A stretch of 20,000 nt of DNA from an uncultured virus (IMG/VR IMGVR_UViG_3300021399_000162) (Duplodnaviria; Heunggongvirae; Uroviricota; Caudoviricetes), in IMG/VR virus record IMGVR_UViG_3300021399_000162. One strand, given 5' to 3'. The number at the start of each line of letters is the position of its first letter. Positions within the stretch are counted from its first letter, which is position 1. This document shows, piece by piece, positions 16,029 through 20,000 of this stretch. The notes below the pieces were generated by a model, which saw only the letters and a program-made list of their open reading frames with translations, ran no database searches and had not been told where the DNA came from. Position numbers and translations under genes: made by a program.

Positions 16029-16586
16029 ATGCAATTTAACAAGCATTACAACCTTGAAGGCAGTCATGCTTTTCTTGGTGCCAGCAAATATCATTGGATA
16101 AACTACGACGAAGAGAAACTCATCGCAAGCTACAATAGCTTCCTGGCTGCACAGAAAGGCACAGAGCTTCATAGCTTTGCTGCACAGTGCATTAAACTTG
16201 GCCAGCGTCTTCCAAAGAGTCACAAGACTCTCAATATGTATGTGAACGACGCTATTGGTTTCAAGATGGTCCCCGAGCAGGTGCTGTACTATTCAGACAA
16301 CTGTTATGGCACAGCAGACTCAATTATATTCAAAGATGATTTCCTCAGGATCCACGATCTTAAGACTGGCGCGACACCGACTCATATGGAGCAGCTAATG
16401 ATATATGCTGCTCTTTTTTGTTTGGAGTACAGAGTTAAACCTGGTCTGATAGGTATGGAACTGAGAATCTACCAGAACGATGATATTGCTATTCTGCAGC
16501 CTCAAGCCACTGATATTCTCCCGATCATCGACAAAATTGTGACATTCGATAAACTCATCAATAAGATTAAAGAAGTAGAGGGTTGA
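16029..16586 (+). CDS. PD-(D/E)XK (DUF2800/Cas4-like) exonuclease
   Basis: HAFLGAS, GTELH, EQVL, GTADSI, IHDLKTG and QLMIYA match RecB-type motifs. AAAGGA RBS. Confidence 0.8.
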   Translation: MQFNKHYNLEGSHAFLGASKYHWINYDEEKLIASYNSFLAAQKGTELHSFAAQCIKLGQRLPKSHKTLNMYVNDAIGFKMVPEQVLYYSDNCYGTADSIIFKDDFLRIHDLKTGATPTHMEQLMIYAALFCLEYRVKPGLIGMELRIYQNDDIAILQPQATDILPIIDKIVTFDKLINKIKEVEG

Positions 16587-16591
16587 TGTGT

Positions 16592-19500
16592 ATGAATTCC
16601 GTAACTAAAGAAATGATATTGCATTTCAGCGGCGATCCTCTGCTGCTTGAGGGTGTCGACGATGATATTGATGTCATTGATGTATTTCTTATGCATTCCG
16701 GACGAGGCCACGATGATAATCCTCCAGGACGAGGATCTGGAGTACTTCCGTGGGGTTCTGGTGAAAATCCTTACCAGCATGCAGGTGATTTTGTCACTCG
16801 TGTTAAGCGTGCTCGTAAGCAGCATCCAGAGCTCAGCCAGGATGATATTGCTAAGATGGTTGGCTGCAAGAGTGCCAGCGATCTTAAGAAACAGTACTCT
16901 AAGTCTTTGTCTGTTTATAGAGTTGGCAGAAACAAAGAGATCGATGCTCTTCTTAAAACCGGCATGACTCAGCAGGCTGTGGCTGATAAATTCGGCGTCA
17001 ATGAATCTACACTTAGATCTTGGCTGAATCCAGAAAGCCGTAAGAAAGCAGAAAAGTCTCAGATCATTGCTGATGGCTTGGAGAAGCTCGTTAAGGAACG
17101 TGGACTGATAGATGTTGGTGCTGGTGTTGAGAAAGAACTTAACTGTTCTAAAGAAAAGCTCAACGAAGCTCTGGCCATTCTTCAGGATAAAGGATATCCA
17201 ATTTATGGCGGACGTGTTCCTCAGGCTACAAATCCTGGCAAGCAGACTACTATTAAAGCACTTGGTGATCCGAGCAGTGATGTTAAGTGGAGCGACTTAT
17301 ATCAGCATCCTGAAAAGATTCAGTCTGTTACCGATTATATTGTCCGTGAAGGTCCTGATGGTCAGGAGGTATTTACTAAAAAATGGCAGTATCCTGCAGC
17401 CATTGATCCTAAGCGCATTATGATCAGATTCCGGGATGATATTGCTCCTGATGGTCATACTGGCATTGAGCGAGACGGCACAATCGAGATTCGTCGCAAT
17501 GTTCCTGATCTTGATCTCAAAGGTAGTCATTACGCTCAGGTTCGCATCATGACTCAGGATGGCCATTATCTCAAAGGTATGGCTCACTATGCATCTGAGG
17601 AAATGCCTGAAGGTGTTGATGTGATATTCAACACCAATAAGACAAGAGCTCAGGCTGATATTGTCTTTAAGAAGATTAAGAGTGATCCGAACAATCCTTT
17701 TGGCGCTCTTCTTAGAGAGAATGGCGGTCAATACACTTATATTGATAAAGACGGCAAAGAGAAACTTGGACTGATAAACAAAACCCGGCAAGAAGGTGAC
17801 TGGGAAGATTGGGATGATACTCTTCCTTCGCAGTTCCTTGCTAAACAGCCAAGAGAGCTGATTGAGAAACAGCTCGGCAAATCAATCGCAGCTAAGAAAA
17901 AAGAATATGAGGAACTGATATCCTTAACCAATCCTACGGTTAAGAAGAAGTTGCTTGAAGACTTTGCTAATGGCTGTGATTCTGACTCTATTCATCTTAC
18001 CGCCGCTAAACTTCCAAGACAGAAATACCAAGTGATATTGCCTCTGCCGACTTTGGATGATAATGAGGTTTATGCTCCGAACTTCAAGAACGGCGAAACG
18101 ATTGCTCTTATAAGATATCCGCATGCTGGATTGTTTGAAATTCCGATTCTCAAGGTTAACAACAATAACCCTGAAGCTATAAAAAGATTTGGCAGTAAAG
18201 ACGATGGCAGCGGTAGTGCAATGGACGCAATTTGTGTAAACAAGCATATTGCTGATATTCTGTCTGGCGCTGATTTTGATGGCGACACGGTAATGTGTAT
18301 TCCTTGTAATGATACAAGATATTCAGATACCAAAATCGCCAATAAACCACCTTTGAAGGATCTTGAAGGCTTTGATCCAAAGGATGCTTACGGATATTCT
18401 GATACTTATCGTACTACTGAGACTTATATTGGTAAAGATGGTAAAGAGCATATAAAAGATGTCGATCATTATATTCGTAACGGTGTCGAATTTAAACCGA
18501 TGAAACGGACTCAGCTCGAAATGGGAAAGGTTAGTAACCTTATTGCTGATATGACAGCTAAGGGTGCTCCTGATTCTGATTTAGCTTTGGCTGTTAAACA
18601 TTCAATGGTTGTTATTGACGCTGAGAAGCATCATCTGGATTGGCAGGCTTCTGAGAAAGATAATCGTATTGCCTATCTCAGAAAGAAGTACCAGGAACAC
18701 TACGATGATCAGGCATCAATTGATGAAGATGATCCTAGTTATGGTGCATCAACTCTCTTTACAAGAGCTAAATCCCCCTATAGGGTGACTAAACCTACAG
18801 GAACCCCACATATCGATCCTGAGACCGGAAAACTCGTATACACTGAGAAGCAGCTCAAGCCTCAAATGTATACTGGAAAAGACGGAAAACAGCATATTCG
18901 TGAAATGGAAGTTCCTCTTCTCTCTACCAAGGACAGTGCATTTGAGCTCGTATCCGTAGTTAACAGCAAGAATCCCCCTAAGAATATGGAGGATATCTTC
19001 AGAACCAACCCCAAGGAAGCTGCTTATGCCCTTTATTCAGATCAGCTTCGTGCTATGGCTAATGAGGCTCGTAAAGAAATTCTCAGATCCGGTGATATCA
19101 AATTTAACCGTTCTGCACAAGAGCAATATTCTGAAGAAGTCGCTCATCTTAAAGAAGAGCTTCTTAAATCTGAACTTAATGCTCCAAGAGAAAGAATGGC
19201 TCAATATTACGCTCGTAGTGTAACTCTTGCTAGAAAAGAAGAAAATCCTGATTTAACTAAGAAAGAAATCAAGAAAATTAGTAATCAGGCTCTTGCTAAT
19301 GGACGAGTTCGCTATGGAGCTCATCGTAATACTGTCGATATATCAGAAAAAGAGTGGGATGCTATTCAAGCAGGCGCTATTCCAGCGACCAGCCTTAAGC
19401 GACTTCTCAATTATGCTGATATGGACAAAGTTCGTGCATATGCAACACCTAGACAAGGTGTAAAACTCACTGAAGGTCAGCAGAATCGCATTAAAGCTAT

Positions 19501-19594
19501 GTTGAGTAAAGGTAAAACTCCTGCTCAAATTGCTGAAGTTATGCACATTTCTGAGTCTACTGTCAACTCTTACAGGAAAGGAGGCAAACCATAA
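16592..19594 (+). CDS. Single-chain two-barrel RNA polymerase (YonO / eukaryotic RdRP-like) with multiple HTH domains; start may be 16586
   Basis: RDG, YAQVRI...LKGM (~17531-17581), RYPH (18113-18124), LSGADFDGD (18260-18286), MGKVSN (~18521) and SMVVIDAEK (~18602-18628). HTHs near 16830-16890, 16961-17026 and 19511-19573. Confidence 0.82.
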   Translation: MNSVTKEMILHFSGDPLLLEGVDDDIDVIDVFLMHSGRGHDDNPPGRGSGVLPWGSGENPYQHAGDFVTRVKRARKQHPELSQDDIAKMVGCKSASDLKKQYSKSLSVYRVGRNKEIDALLKTGMTQQAVADKFGVNESTLRSWLNPESRKKAEKSQIIADGLEKLVKERGLIDVGAGVEKELNCSKEKLNEALAILQDKGYPIYGGRVPQATNPGKQTTIKALGDPSSDVKWSDLYQHPEKIQSVTDYIVREGPDGQEVFTKKWQYPAAIDPKRIMIRFRDDIAPDGHTGIERDGTIEIRRNVPDLDLKGSHYAQVRIMTQDGHYLKGMAHYASEEMPEGVDVIFNTNKTRAQADIVFKKIKSDPNNPFGALLRENGGQYTYIDKDGKEKLGLINKTRQEGDWEDWDDTLPSQFLAKQPRELIEKQLGKSIAAKKKEYEELISLTNPTVKKKLLEDFANGCDSDSIHLTAAKLPRQKYQVILPLPTLDDNEVYAPNFKNGETIALIRYPHAGLFEIPILKVNNNNPEAIKRFGSKDDGSGSAMDAICVNKHIADILSGADFDGDTVMCIPCNDTRYSDTKIANKPPLKDLEGFDPKDAYGYSDTYRTTETYIGKDGKEHIKDVDHYIRNGVEFKPMKRTQLEMGKVSNLIADMTAKGAPDSDLALAVKHSMVVIDAEKHHLDWQASEKDNRIAYLRKKYQEHYDDQASIDEDDPSYGASTLFTRAKSPYRVTKPTGTPHIDPETGKLVYTEKQLKPQMYTGKDGKQHIREMEVPLLSTKDSAFELVSVVNSKNPPKNMEDIFRTNPKEAAYALYSDQLRAMANEARKEILRSGDIKFNRSAQEQYSEEVAHLKEELLKSELNAPRERMAQYYARSVTLARKEENPDLTKKEIKKISNQALANGRVRYGAHRNTVDISEKEWDAIQAGAIPATSLKRLLNYADMDKVRAYATPRQGVKLTEGQQNRIKAMLSKGKTPAQIAEVMHISESTVNSYRKGGKP

Positions 19595-19860
19595 TGGATG
19601 AACAGGAATATAGAGAGTGTGCAATCACTACAAAGGACAATCCATACGACCCTTTTACTCAGTTTGATCATTGGTTCTTGTTTGACGTTGAAAAAGGCTA
19701 CTATTCATGTGGCTATTTGGCTCGTGTTTGCCACATTTCCAGTGAAATGACTGAAGATGAGGTGAATCAGGTCATTGAACAAGCAATTGATGACATTATT
19801 CGTCTCGATTTTACAGGAATGTACACCAAAAAATACAGAGACGAGCCTGTTCCGGCCTAA
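19594..19860 (+). CDS. Small acidic phage protein
   Basis: TAATG coupling with the RNAP stop and a GGAGG RBS. Motif ITT.DNPYDPFTQFD.W..FD..KGY. Confidence 0.8.
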   Translation: MDEQEYRECAITTKDNPYDPFTQFDHWFLFDVEKGYYSCGYLARVCHISSEMTEDEVNQVIEQAIDDIIRLDFTGMYTKKYRDEPVPA

Positions 19861-19927
19861 AAATAGGCCATTTTTGACCACTTTTAAAGCCTCTAACCTC
19901 CCTATTAGTGGCTTTACCCCGTTCTAA

Positions 19928-20000
19928 GGGCATGGGGGGGGTCCCGCAATGACTCCCCCTCCCCTTTTCGCAGGGTCATCAGAAAAACCTCCGGGGGACC
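19928..20000. other. G/C-run-rich non-coding sequence; possible genome terminus / cos region
   Basis: GGGGGGGG...CCCCCTCCCCTTTTCGCAGGGTC...AAAAACCTCCGGGGG after the last gene of the operon. Confidence 0.4.

Noticed and set aside
16029..16586. Cas4-like nuclease as evidence of a CRISPR-Cas system
   Set aside because: Stand-alone PD-(D/E)XK exonucleases are common in phages. There is no four-cysteine Fe-S pattern and no other cas gene.

Overview
This window is part of a tailed dsDNA phage genome covering replication, accessory and transcription genes, all on the + strand. The strong AGGAGG ribosome-binding sites suggest a Gram-positive, probably Bacillota, host (inference). Genes include a 1416-aa fusion of SF3 helicase, primase, 3'-5' exonuclease and family-B polymerase, an SSB, an SF2 helicase, ThyX, two tandem pentapeptide-repeat proteins, a VRR-NUC-like nuclease and a PD-(D/E)XK exonuclease. 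The main finding is a ~1000-aa protein that would normally be called an 'HTH protein'. It carries the motif series of single-chain two-barrel RNA polymerases (YonO / eukaryotic RdRP-like, GADFDGD) plus three HTH domains. The same window has five intergenic copies of a fixed-spacing motif, CGCGA-N13-YATTATGAA, which is the candidate promoter for this polymerase. Three copies head a tandem array of motif-gene-hairpin cassettes encoding divergent 'LWP' membrane paralogs. There is also a repeat-rich origin-like region (~14.7-15.05 kb), a strand-biased cluster of TGATATT heptamers around it, and a probable genome-end (cos-like) sequence at the right edge.
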